Positions 30,506 through 39,869 are shown, numbered from the stretch's first letter. The stretch is 64,000 nt of DNA from an uncultured Acidobacteriaceae bacterium (GCA_963697045.1 CAVOMO010000001.1:100444-164443); one strand, 5' to 3'. The notes: a model not told the origin generated them from the letters alone. Translations and numbers: made by a program.

Positions 30506-30724
30506 ATGACACCAAATTCCGGCAATTCTACAGAGTCCAACCCTCGCGAACGTATTTGGTTTTTCCCAGACAAGTTCTGGCGGGCCACAAAAAACATGCC
30601 CCCGGACGAAGTTGCGAACCTGATGGCAGAAGTTGAGAGCTACGCCGCGGCCGGTGATATGCAGGCGCTCCGCAAGTATCCTTTTGTGATAGTAGGAGAT
30701 CCTTACAAGAAATCGGTCGCCTGA
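30506..30724 (+). CDS. Small hypothetical protein (72 aa) in low-GC islet
   Basis: A strong GGAGG lies 7 nt upstream of the ATG. The sequence is MTPNSGNSTESNPRERIWFFPDKFWRATKNMPPDEVANLM... No family was recognised with confidence. Confidence 0.45.
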   Translation: MTPNSGNSTESNPRERIWFFPDKFWRATKNMPPDEVANLMAEVESYAAAGDMQALRKYPFVIVGDPYKKSVA

Positions 30725-30731
30725 TTTAGGA

Positions 30732-32231
30732 TCAAGCGTTTGATCGCGAACCGGCTGCCATTTCACGCGCGCGTCCCGCGACCTGAGATGCAACCGGTTT
30801 GATTGCCTGAGGGCGAACCAGAATTGGGCACGCGCAGGTTGTTTCCAGCAAGTATCGCGCGCGAGCTACACGTTCCGCCACCGGACTTATCTCCTGCAGA
30901 CCCCGCCCGTAAACAATCAGCATTGCGTCCTGCCGCTCCACTGCGAGCCGGTCGATCTGCCCGTCGTGAGAGAAATCGAATGCGTCCGCCAGTCTCAGGA
31001 TGCCTATGATCGGCAACAGGGCCGTCCGCTGTTTTGGGGTGAGTCCCACAAAAGCAGAGTTGCTGGTTTGCGGAAGCGCGCCGGCATGGTAGCGGGCAAC
31101 CACCGCGACCAAGTGAAGTTCCTCCGCGGTCCACGCTAGCGGAGGTTTGAGCCGGCGAATCATGGAATAAGCGCGCTTGCGATGCCCGTCGGAGCCGCGG
31201 CTTCGTCCCACCTCGTGCAAAATGGCTGCCGCCTCCAGGATGCGGCGGTACACGGCGTCAGCACTCGCCATCCCCTGCTTGGCCAAGCCGTCGTAAAGTT
31301 GCAGCGCAAGCCGGCTCACATGCACTGAGTGGCTAACGTCTGGATCGAGGAAAGAAGCCCAGGTACGAAGCTTCTCCATAGAAGCCTGTTGCAATGAGGA
31401 ACCACTCGGCAGTTCAGCGCGCCACACCCGCCAGAGCGAATTCTCTCCCAACATTTTCTGGCGATAAATATCCAACCGGTGTTGCCGTTCCTCCACAACT
31501 CGTCTGTTCCAGCGCTCGCGATCTTCGGGCTGAATCCCGGGATGCGCCTTAATTGCCGCCTTCAGCACATCGAAGTCATGCACCTCGCCAAGAGCATCCT
31601 GCAACTCGCGCAGATCGCTCGCCCACTTTGCGTGGCGCTGCGGAAGGAAATTTTCACAGGTGTAGCGGAAGCGCTTGATGCCGATTCGCAACTGGTGATA
31701 GCCAACCTGGGTGCGGTTTCGCAATGCCTGCCGGTGTAAGGCATGCGCGTCCGTCCAGCGCTCCAGAGCGAGATGCTGAAAGACCAGCCCTTCCACCGGA
31801 ACTCGACCTGCCCGTCTGGCTAACCGCGCATTCAGCGTCGTCCATCGCTTGCGGTCGAAGTTGCGGAGCGCCTCTTGCGCGGCAGCCTTGAGCTGGCTCT
31901 CTTTCTGGCCCAGTGTGTCGAGCAGAAGCAGGCGAACTGGATCGTCCGGTGCCGAAAGACGGATAACCCACTCCGACATGACCTGCACATCGCGAAGATC
32001 GCCCAGGCTGCTGAAAAGGGCCTTGCCCAGCCGCTTCATCTCTTTCCATGCCGGATCCGGATCGACCGACAGGAAGCCGTCCGCCATCGAGCGGCAACGG
32101 CGGATGGCGACCCGGAGATCGTGCACCGGATCAGCCGCAAATTCAAGGCTGGCCTGGTCACACTCCCCCAGCACGCGCTGCGCCCAGTAGGCGAGTCCGG
32201 CTTTGTTGTCGCGTGTGACAGGCGAAGGCAT
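30732..32231 (-). CDS. CHAD domain protein fused to a C-terminal HD-type domain
   Basis: 499-aa ORF. The N-terminal half has the CHAD-type motif VHDLRVAIRRCRS and repeated helical R/H-rich segments. The C-terminal half (HSVHVSRLALQLYDGL...ILHEVGRS) resembles the HD-like C-terminal region of Ppx/GppA-type proteins. Confidence 0.75.
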   Translation of the reverse strand: MPSPVTRDNKAGLAYWAQRVLGECDQASLEFAADPVHDLRVAIRRCRSMADGFLSVDPDPAWKEMKRLGKALFSSLGDLRDVQVMSEWVIRLSAPDDPVRLLLLDTLGQKESQLKAAAQEALRNFDRKRWTTLNARLARRAGRVPVEGLVFQHLALERWTDAHALHRQALRNRTQVGYHQLRIGIKRFRYTCENFLPQRHAKWASDLRELQDALGEVHDFDVLKAAIKAHPGIQPEDRERWNRRVVEERQHRLDIYRQKMLGENSLWRVWRAELPSGSSLQQASMEKLRTWASFLDPDVSHSVHVSRLALQLYDGLAKQGMASADAVYRRILEAAAILHEVGRSRGSDGHRKRAYSMIRRLKPPLAWTAEELHLVAVVARYHAGALPQTSNSAFVGLTPKQRTALLPIIGILRLADAFDFSHDGQIDRLAVERQDAMLIVYGRGLQEISPVAERVARARYLLETTCACPILVRPQAIKPVASQVAGRAREMAAGSRSNA

Positions 32232-32314
32232 GAGATTGAGTCCCGTTTGATTTTACTTTGTACGACGATCAAGATGCCCGGCAGCAGAAATGGTGGGAGG
32301 GTCCAAGAACCGCA

Positions 32315-32354
32315 GATCCTTCGACTCCTCGCTACGTTCGTCGTTCAGGATGAC
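32315..32354. repeat. Copy of the GGATCCTTCGACTC...CAGGATGAC interspersed repeat
   Basis: The sequence gatccttcgactcctcgctacgttcgtcgttcaggatgac lies between the radical SAM and CHAD genes. Confidence 0.55.
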
Positions 32355-32358
32355 AAAA

Positions 32359-33852
32359 CTACAGGTATACCCGCTCGGTGCTGCGCAGGCTTCGATAGCG
32401 CTGGAAAACACTCTTGTCGCTTTCCAGACCGAAGAGCGATTTGATTGAGGTCCCGCGGAACGTGTGCGCCAGCATCTTCCACCAGTTGCGGAGAACGAAT
32501 AGTGGTTCATGCGCCATCACGGCGGGTATGTGCCGGGTCTTCATCCACCGCTCAGCACGCCATCTCTCGTACTCGATTTCCTCGGGTTGCAGATGCTGCG
32601 TGGCCACTACGGCGGTGGTGCCGTCGTACTCCTCCATGTTGTCGATGACGATTAAGTTGCGCGCGCGAAAATCTTTCGTCATCGGCGTACCAGGATAAGG
32701 GGTGGGATGCTGGATGTAGGGCCAGTCGACATATTTGCTGGCAAACTCCAGATTGGCCCGGATGGATTCGCGGGTGTCATCGGGGTTGCCGACAATGAGG
32801 CCGCCCACCACATACATTTTGTTCCTGTGCAGAACCTCAATGGCACGGAGCGAAGCGTTGCCCGTTATACGCCCCTCTTCGCGGAACTCATTCTTGGCCG
32901 TTGCTTTCAGGAAGTGGAGATCATCTTCGAGAATGTTCTCGATGCCAAGGAAAACGTAGCGGAACCCGGCCTGGCGCATCAGCGGAGCCAGGGTGTCTCC
33001 ATGCATGGCAATCGGCGACGTCATCGCCTGCACGGTATAGTCGATATCGTTCAACCCCGCATCGATGATGGCGCGGCATAGCGCTTCAAATCGCCGGATG
33101 TTAAGGCTGATGTTGTCGTCCACGATAAAGATGGCGCGCGCACCGTGCTCCCGGGCATCGCGAATGTCAGCCAGCACGCGATCAAACGAGTAGGTATGAA
33201 AGTTGCGGCCACGCATCTCGATGATCGAGCAGAATCCGCAATCGAAAGTACATCCGCGCGAGGTTTCCACCACATCCACACCGCGTCCAAGCATGGTGTA
33301 CCCGCTAAGCACGCGGGCGTCGCGCTTAGGTAAACGGATCTCATCTCCTTCGAGCGTATGCACGGGGCGGGGAAGATTCTGATGCCACCCATCGTCCGCC
33401 TGATATGACAATCCCTTAATCGCTGCGAAGCTTTCACCGTTTTCGATGGCGCGCAGCAGTTCGCGAAAGGTGATCTCGCCTTCGCCGCGGACAATGTAGT
33501 CGATGCCGCATCCCTCGCTCATGTAGGCTTCGGGAGCGAGGCTGGGATCATAACCGCCTACAGCGACTCGAACACTGGGCCGCAACGATCGCAGTAGTCT
33601 GATGATTCGCAGTGCGGTCTTGCGCTGGAAAGTCATGACCGAGAGGCCAACCACATCGGGCTGGATTTCGCGCACCAACCGCTCTACCGTTTCACGCACC
33701 TTGTGCTGAACCAGGATCAGGTCGGCAACCGCCACTTGATGATGCGAGTCGATGTTGCCGGCCAAGGAACAGAGCGCTCCATTGGGCATTCGCACCGCGA
33801 CCGTCGGCATATGCTCAAACGAGTCGGGCATGGAAAGGAGCAGAACATTCAT
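32359..33852 (-). CDS. B12-binding domain-containing radical SAM protein (class B rSAM)
   Basis: 497-aa ORF with an N-terminal cobalamin-binding-like Rossmann region (DVVGLSVMTFQ). The CxxxCxxC cluster is in SRGCTFDCGFCS. Confidence 0.85.
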   Translation of the reverse strand: MNVLLLSMPDSFEHMPTVAVRMPNGALCSLAGNIDSHHQVAVADLILVQHKVRETVERLVREIQPDVVGLSVMTFQRKTALRIIRLLRSLRPSVRVAVGGYDPSLAPEAYMSEGCGIDYIVRGEGEITFRELLRAIENGESFAAIKGLSYQADDGWHQNLPRPVHTLEGDEIRLPKRDARVLSGYTMLGRGVDVVETSRGCTFDCGFCSIIEMRGRNFHTYSFDRVLADIRDAREHGARAIFIVDDNISLNIRRFEALCRAIIDAGLNDIDYTVQAMTSPIAMHGDTLAPLMRQAGFRYVFLGIENILEDDLHFLKATAKNEFREEGRITGNASLRAIEVLHRNKMYVVGGLIVGNPDDTRESIRANLEFASKYVDWPYIQHPTPYPGTPMTKDFRARNLIVIDNMEEYDGTTAVVATQHLQPEEIEYERWRAERWMKTRHIPAVMAHEPLFVLRNWWKMLAHTFRGTSIKSLFGLESDKSVFQRYRSLRSTERVYL

Positions 33853-33989
33853 GACATAGTTCCTGCTGACACGGTGGTCCCCACGACTTGAAACATCCAG
33901 TTGGCATACATGCTACACCGAAATTGGTGTCAAATGACGGGAGAATGGGAAAGAGAGGATTAGGTAGCAGGCAGAAGTCTTGGTTTGAT

Positions 33990-34066
33990 TGGTGGCGGCG
34001 GTAGGACTCGAACCTACGACCTACGGATTATGAGACCGTCGCTCTAACCACCTGAGCTACACCGCC
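33990..34066 (-). tRNA. tRNA with CAU anticodon (elongator tRNA-Met, or tRNA-Ile2 if lysidine-modified), CCA encoded
   Basis: The reverse complement is GGCGGTGTAGCTCAGGTGGTTAGAGCGACGGTCTCATAATCCGTAGGTCGTAGGTTCGAGTCCTACCGCCGCCACCA. It folds as a cloverleaf with a 7-bp acceptor, a GTAGG/CCTAC T-arm with TTCGAGT loop, and a CTCATAA anticodon loop. G1-C72 is paired, so it is not the initiator. Confidence 0.9.
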
Positions 34067-34392
34067 AAAGGTCATGCGAGCACAGAATTTCGTGACCACT
34101 CGAGGGCAAGAATCGGTTTGCAACCCTCGCTCACACGAAAGGCCGGACGTGACCGCGTCCAGCCCACTTTCGATTCTAGAAGCGGCCCTTTGGGCTGTCA
34201 AACCGCAGCTTCCGCCGGGTCCTATGGTCGGGACGCCCTTGCCTCTCCAAAGTCTGTAACGCGGCTGTAATGAAGAAGTGTAATTCTGCCAGCGGTCGCT
34301 CGCGAGGCGAGGAAACCAAAGCGATCCCTTACAATGTGCGGGAAATAGAAGCTATGCGCGGTCACGCTCCAGTTCGACCAGCCCGGCATGCG

Positions 34393-35805
34393 ATGGATAT
34401 CCGGTGGCTCCCGCGGGGCTTCCGTCGCAAGGGGATGATACTCGGCCTGCTGCTGATGTCCGTGTTCGCAACCTGTTTGGCGCAGAATGCCCCGACGGGT
34501 GACGCGCCGGAACAGGCGCCTCCCGATCCCAAGGCAACTTTCTTTGAGCACTCCCAGACATCGAAGTGGTGGGTTTCAGGCCAGGCAAACTTCGTCTCCC
34601 AGGCGCACGGCGATTTTTATGCTCAATACAGCGGGACCAATAGCTTCAAAAATCGCGGTGAGAATGCGACCTCACGCGTGCTGACGTTCTTCTCGGGATA
34701 TGAGTTCACGCCGAACACGATGGCCTATCTCGATGTCGAGGAATCTGGCGGCAAAGGCTTAAGTACCGCCTTGGGATTGGCTGGCTTCACCAATCTTGAT
34801 GTAGTTCGCAATCCTTCCATTGGAACCGCGCCGTATATTGCGCGGCTGATGATGGAGCAGATCGTTCCGCTGTCGAATGAGAAGATGGAAGTGGAACGCA
34901 ACGCTTTGTCTCTTCCGACAGAGGTCCCGGTGCGGCGGCTGGAAATGCGGTTCGGAAAATTTTCGCTCGCCGATTTCTTTGACCTTAACGTTGGCGGGAC
35001 TGACAGCCACTACCAGTTTCTGAACTGGGTCATCGACAACAACGGCGCCTATGATTACGCGGCCGATACGCGCGGTTACACCGTTGGCGCCATTTTCGAC
35101 TACGAAGACCGCAATTGGGGCCTGCGCTTTGCGGAGACCCTGATGCCGAAGATCGCAAACGGCCCCAATCTCGATGCCGATGTGGCCCGCGCTCGCGCTG
35201 AGAACATCGAACTGGAGCTGCGCCCGAAGCTGCTGAAAAGCAAAGATACGACCATCCGCATTCTGAGCTATGTCAATCATGCCAATATGGGTGATTATGA
35301 GCAGGCGGTGCAGCTTTATCTGGAGCATGTCACACCCACGCCCGACGTCACAGCCACACGCGAGCAGGGAAGGATCAAGTATGGTTTCGAGTTTAATTTC
35401 CAACAGGAGGTGTCCAAGGACATCTGGGCATTCGGCCGGTGGGGATGGAACGAGGGAAAACACGAGTCGTTTGCCTACACGGAAGACAACGAAGGCGTGG
35501 AGTTGGGCGGGTATGCAAAGGGCACTCGCTGGCACCGCAGCCTTGACCGCGCCGGGGTGGCGTTTGTTTCCAGCGGTATCTCCAAAGCGCATCAACTATA
35601 TCTGGCCGACGGCGGCCTTGGATTTCTTCTGGGTGATGGCGGACTGACGAACGGCCGCGAAACCATCGAGGAGGCCTTCTACACCACGCACATCTGGCGC
35701 GGGGCCTTCTTTGCCTTCGACCTGCAGCACATTAACAATCCCGGATATAACAAAGTCCGCGGCCCTGTCACTGTGCCGGGATTGCGGCTGCATCTGGAAT
35801 TCTGA
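34393..35805 (+). CDS. Carbohydrate-selective porin (OprB family-like) outer membrane protein
   Basis: The ORF track gives 34270..35805. I prefer the ATG at 34393, which gives MDIRWLPRGFRRKGMILGLLLMSVFATCLAQ as a signal peptide. The body is beta-rich and ends in ...GLRLHLEF. The segment GKFSLADFFDLN...YQFLNW resembles OprB-type porins. Confidence 0.65.
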   Translation: MDIRWLPRGFRRKGMILGLLLMSVFATCLAQNAPTGDAPEQAPPDPKATFFEHSQTSKWWVSGQANFVSQAHGDFYAQYSGTNSFKNRGENATSRVLTFFSGYEFTPNTMAYLDVEESGGKGLSTALGLAGFTNLDVVRNPSIGTAPYIARLMMEQIVPLSNEKMEVERNALSLPTEVPVRRLEMRFGKFSLADFFDLNVGGTDSHYQFLNWVIDNNGAYDYAADTRGYTVGAIFDYEDRNWGLRFAETLMPKIANGPNLDADVARARAENIELELRPKLLKSKDTTIRILSYVNHANMGDYEQAVQLYLEHVTPTPDVTATREQGRIKYGFEFNFQQEVSKDIWAFGRWGWNEGKHESFAYTEDNEGVELGGYAKGTRWHRSLDRAGVAFVSSGISKAHQLYLADGGLGFLLGDGGLTNGRETIEEAFYTTHIWRGAFFAFDLQHINNPGYNKVRGPVTVPGLRLHLEF

Positions 35806-35810
35806 GAGAA

Positions 35811-35960
35811 CAGTTGCCAGTAGCCAGTTGCAAGAACCTGCAGGTAGAAAGTGCACGGGTAGTATAGGGTCCCCTCGACTCGCCCAGGATGACAAGGGTT
35901 ATGCAGAGTAGTCCCAACCGCGCAACTGACAACTGGCTACTGGCTACCGGCAACTGACTA
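35811..35960. repeat. Composite intergenic repeat: inverted GCCAGTAGCCAGTTG-type arms flanking a GGGTCC..CAGGATGAC element
   Basis: The left arm at 35811-35833 is cagttgccagtagccagttgcaa. The right arm at 35924-35960 is aactgacaactggctactggctaccggcaactgacta, in the opposite orientation. The core at 35867-35893 is gggtcccctcgactcgcccaggatgac. Confidence 0.6.
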
Positions 35961-35988
35961 TGGTTTTCGCTGGTAAACTGAATAGGCA

Positions 35989-38900
35989 ATGATCCTCCCG
36001 TTCGTTCGCGAACTCTTCGCGGACGTAGAGAAGTCTTCCGCCTTTGCGCGCGCTATAACCCGGGTAAAGGGTGGCGCGGGGCGGACCCGTGTTTCTGGAC
36101 TCACTCCGACTGGCAAGGCTCTGTTCTACACGCTGTTGCATCGCTCGATTTCGCGACCGGTCATCGTCATCGTTTCTGACAACCGTGCCATGGATGAATT
36201 GTTGCCGGTCGTGCGCTCGCTGGGCGAACTGACGGGCGCCGTCGCGCCGGATGCGGTCATCGGCTTACCTGCCTACGACGTGTTGCCCTTCCAGAACCTG
36301 TCGCCTCATCCTGAGATTCAGGAGACCCGTGCTACCGCCTTATGGAAGGTCGCAACCGGCGCCGCCAGCGTGGTGATTACGCCGCTACCCGCGACAGCAA
36401 TGCGCTTACGCGCCACTGACTTTTACGCAGACTTGGCCAAAGTTGTGCGGCGAGGTGAGACCATCGATCCCGAGCGGCTTGTCGAGCATCTGCGAATCGT
36501 GGGTTACAACCAGGTGGACGTAGTTGAGATGCCAGGTGAGTTCGCCCATCGCGGCGGGCTGCTCGACGTGTATTCGCCGGAACTGGATCGGCCGGTCCGC
36601 ATCGAGCTTTTCGGCGATGAAGTGGAATCAATTCGCAAGTTCGATCCCGCAACCCAGCGCTCGGCAGCGGTGACCGAAGAAGCCGTTTTGCTTCCATTGA
36701 CGGAAACACCGGTGGAGAAAGAGACGCTGGCCGCAATCAATGCGCGGCTCTCCGGCGCCCGACTGGCGGGCGATGAGCACGTTATAGAAGAGACGGTCCG
36801 AGCGGCCGGCGTTTCGGTTTTTCCCGGCTGGGAACTCTACGCCCCCGCCGTCGGCAGGAAAGAGAACTTTTTCGACGATCTGCTGCCGGGCGCGGCCATT
36901 GTTCTTGACGAACCCGACACGCTGGACATCGCGCACGATGCGTGGTGGACGAAAGTGACCGAGGCCCACGAACGTAGTCTGGTCGGCAATCTGGTTCGGC
37001 CGGAGGATCTATACCTTACGCCCGAGCAATGGCACGAGCGTTTGCAATACGCGGCCACCATCGCGGTTGAGCAACTGGGGATCGAGGGCGCTGACGACGA
37101 AGAACATCTCACGTTGCAAACTCAACCGACGACGCGTTTTCATGGCTCAGTTGCTGCCATGACTGAAGAAGTTGGGCGTCTCGCGCGGGAGGGCAAACGC
37201 ATCCTCTTTGCCGTCTCCAGCACCGGCGAGGTCGAACGTTTGGCCGACGTCTTTAACGAGTACAACCTGTCGTTCCGCATCGGCAGCCGTACACCCAAGC
37301 CAGGCAGCGAAGTGTATGTGGATGAGTCGTCGTACTTCGCAGAAGACGTGGAAGCCACCACCATCGTGAAGGCATATGTGCCCGAAGGGGTCGCGCTGCC
37401 TGAGGCGAACCTGGTCTTGTTCGGGGCGCGTGACCTGTTCGATGAGCCGGAGGTTTCGCTGGCCCACCCGCAGCGGCAGAAATCCAAAGTCTCGGCCTTC
37501 CTCTCTGATTTTCGCGATCTGGCGGTCGGCGATTATGTGGTTCATGTCGAGCACGGCATTGGCCAGTATCAGGGGCTGAAAGAGATCCCGCAGGAAGACG
37601 GCGGCACGGTCGAATTCATGATCCTGGAATACGCCGAGGGTGCGCGCCTGTATGTTCCACTCACCCGATTGGACCTGGTGCAGAAGTACCGCTCCTCCGA
37701 AGGGGTCAAACCCGTACTGAATCGGCTGGGCACGCAGCAGTGGCAGAAGACCAAGGCGCGCGTGAAGAAGGCCATGCAAGACATGGCGGAGGAGTTGCTC
37801 AAACTTTACGCCGTGCGCAAAACCGCCGAGGGACATGCGTTCGCCGCCGACAGCGAATGGCAACGCGAGTTCGAAGATACCTTCGAGTTCAGCGAAACCG
37901 AAGATCAGATGAACGCAATTGTTGACGTCAAGCGCGACATGGAGTTGGCCACGCCCATGGACCGTCTCCTCTGCGGCGATGTGGGTTACGGAAAAACCGA
38001 AGTCGGGATGCGTGCGGCCTTCAAGGCGGTCAGCGACAATCGCCAGGTCGCAGTGTTGGCGCCGACCACGGTGCTGGCCTTCCAACACTACAACACCTTC
38101 CGGCAGCGCTTCGCGGCCTTCCCCATCAAGATCGACATGCTCAGCCGTTTCCGCACTGCCAAGCAGCAGAAGGAAACCATCGCCAAGGTCGAGGCGGGAC
38201 AAGTGGACATCGTTATTGGCACGCATCGAGTGCTGTCGAAGGACGTCAAGTTCAGCGATCTGGGGCTGGTCATCGTGGATGAAGAACAGCGCTTCGGCGT
38301 CCGCCACAAGGAGAGGCTGAAGCAGCTTCGCAAAGAGGTGGACGTGCTAACCATGTCGGCCACGCCCATTCCGCGCACCTTGCACATGTCGCTGCTGGGG
38401 CTGCGCGACATGAGCGTGATCGAGACGCCGCCCAAAGACCGCATGGCGATCCAGACCGTGGTGGCAGCTTGGGACGAGAAGCTGCTCCGTTCGGCGATCG
38501 AGAAGGAGTTGGAGCGTGGCGGCCAAGTCTACTTCGTGCACAATCGCGTCGAAAGCATCTACGAGATCGCTGACAAGCTGCGCGAGATGGTACCGAACGC
38601 GCGCATTCTGATCGGTCATGGACAGATGGCGGAGAGCGAACTGGAGCGCATCATGCTCGCCTTCATGCGGCACGAAGCCGACATTCTGGTTGCCACCACC
38701 ATCATCGAGAATGGCCTCGACATTCCGCTGTGCAACACCATTATCATTAACCGGGCCGACCGCCACGGGCTCTCGGAGTTGTACCAGTTGCGCGGCCGCG
38801 TTGGCCGCTCGGACCGCCGTGCCTATGCTTATCTGCTGATTCCGCCCGACCGCGACCTGAGCGACCTGGCGAGAAGGAGGCTGGCAGCGCTGAAGGAGTT

Positions 38901-39528
38901 CAGCGATCTGGGCGCAGGCTTCAAGATTGCGGCGCTCGACCTGGAATTGCGTGGTGCTGGAAATCTGCTTGGAGGCCAACAAAGCGGTCACATCGAGGCA
39001 GTGGGTTTCGAGCTATATACAACCATGCTGGAGCGCACAGTCCGCGAACTGAAGGGTGAGGTACAGCCGGAAACCGCCGAAACACAGTTGAACCTTGGGC
39101 TGAACATCCGCATTCCCTCCGATTACATCCCAGAAGAGAATCAACGGCTGCGGATGTATAAGCGCGTCGCCGGGGTGGAGACAGAAGCGCAACTAGAGGA
39201 TGTCGCCGGAGAGTTAGGCGATCGCTACGGCGCGCCGCCTCCGCCAGTTCGCAGCCTGCTGGAGTATGCAGTGTTGAAATTGCTGTCGCAGCGCATCGGT
39301 GTGGCGCAAATTGAGCGCCGCCGAGAGGCTGTGAGCATTCGTTTCACCGAGAACGCCTCGGTCGATCCGGAACGACTGGCCCGATTTGTTGCCGGAGAAC
39401 CTGGAAGCCAGTTCACGCCGGCGGGCGTGCTGAAGTTCAACCTGAAAGAGAAGCAGCCGGAGCAGGTGCTGGCGCGGCTAAAGTCCCTTCTCGACCAGTT
39501 GGCGGGAGAGCAGCAACTGGTTGCATGA
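35989..39528 (+). CDS. mfd: Transcription-repair coupling factor
   Basis: 1179-aa ORF with superfamily 2 helicase motifs GDVGYGKTEV and VIVDEEQRFG. The length and architecture match Mfd. Confidence 0.95.
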   Translation: MILPFVRELFADVEKSSAFARAITRVKGGAGRTRVSGLTPTGKALFYTLLHRSISRPVIVIVSDNRAMDELLPVVRSLGELTGAVAPDAVIGLPAYDVLPFQNLSPHPEIQETRATALWKVATGAASVVITPLPATAMRLRATDFYADLAKVVRRGETIDPERLVEHLRIVGYNQVDVVEMPGEFAHRGGLLDVYSPELDRPVRIELFGDEVESIRKFDPATQRSAAVTEEAVLLPLTETPVEKETLAAINARLSGARLAGDEHVIEETVRAAGVSVFPGWELYAPAVGRKENFFDDLLPGAAIVLDEPDTLDIAHDAWWTKVTEAHERSLVGNLVRPEDLYLTPEQWHERLQYAATIAVEQLGIEGADDEEHLTLQTQPTTRFHGSVAAMTEEVGRLAREGKRILFAVSSTGEVERLADVFNEYNLSFRIGSRTPKPGSEVYVDESSYFAEDVEATTIVKAYVPEGVALPEANLVLFGARDLFDEPEVSLAHPQRQKSKVSAFLSDFRDLAVGDYVVHVEHGIGQYQGLKEIPQEDGGTVEFMILEYAEGARLYVPLTRLDLVQKYRSSEGVKPVLNRLGTQQWQKTKARVKKAMQDMAEELLKLYAVRKTAEGHAFAADSEWQREFEDTFEFSETEDQMNAIVDVKRDMELATPMDRLLCGDVGYGKTEVGMRAAFKAVSDNRQVAVLAPTTVLAFQHYNTFRQRFAAFPIKIDMLSRFRTAKQQKETIAKVEAGQVDIVIGTHRVLSKDVKFSDLGLVIVDEEQRFGVRHKERLKQLRKEVDVLTMSATPIPRTLHMSLLGLRDMSVIETPPKDRMAIQTVVAAWDEKLLRSAIEKELERGGQVYFVHNRVESIYEIADKLREMVPNARILIGHGQMAESELERIMLAFMRHEADILVATTIIENGLDIPLCNTIIINRADRHGLSELYQLRGRVGRSDRRAYAYLLIPPDRDLSDLARRRLAALKEFSDLGAGFKIAALDLELRGAGNLLGGQQSGHIEAVGFELYTTMLERTVRELKGEVQPETAETQLNLGLNIRIPSDYIPEENQRLRMYKRVAGVETEAQLEDVAGELGDRYGAPPPPVRSLLEYAVLKLLSQRIGVAQIERRREAVSIRFTENASVDPERLARFVAGEPGSQFTPAGVLKFNLKEKQPEQVLARLKSLLDQLAGEQQLVA

Positions 39529-39551
39529 GAGCTGACGTTGGTCCCGCAACG

Positions 39552-39869
39552 TCACGCCACAGCCTGGAGTCCATTCTTGGCAACCAGCGATAGAAGTTTC
39601 AACGAGGCTCCCTGTGGATGCTTTTCACCGCGCTCCCACTGGCTCACCAAACCGGTGGTAACGTTGAGATAACGTGCGAAAACTGCCTGGCTGGCGCCTT
39701 CGCGCAAACGGAGAGCCCGGATTTGGCCAGGCTTCAGCGGCCGTACCGGTGTGAGGCACAAAGCATCGAATTCGCGCATGGTGCGCTTGTCTATTGCCCC
39801 AGCGGCATGGAGGCCTTCGGCGGTCTCATGGATAGACCCCATCAACGGACTACGATATTGTTTTCTCAT
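39552..39869 (-). CDS. Xre-type HTH antitoxin (COG2944/YiaG-like)
   Basis: 105-aa ORF with a C-terminal HTH (SQAVFARYLNVTTGLVSQWERGEKHP). It overlaps the upstream toxin gene by 20 nt. An alternative start at 39842 would remove the overlap. Confidence 0.75.
   Translation of the reverse strand: MRKQYRSPLMGSIHETAEGLHAAGAIDKRTMREFDALCLTPVRPLKPGQIRALRLREGASQAVFARYLNVTTGLVSQWERGEKHPQGASLKLLSLVAKNGLQAVA

Noticed and set aside
30449-30793. 114-aa minus-strand ORF overlapping the 72-aa ORF and the 3' end of the CHAD gene
   Set aside because: It overlaps two better-supported features, lacks a ribosome-binding site, and has an Arg/Trp-rich composition.
33895-33925. Sigma-54-like TGGCA...GC motif (ttggcatacatgctac)
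   Set aside because: The GG-to-GC spacing is about 7 nt instead of the required 10. The motif also points toward a tRNA gene that lies on the opposite strand.
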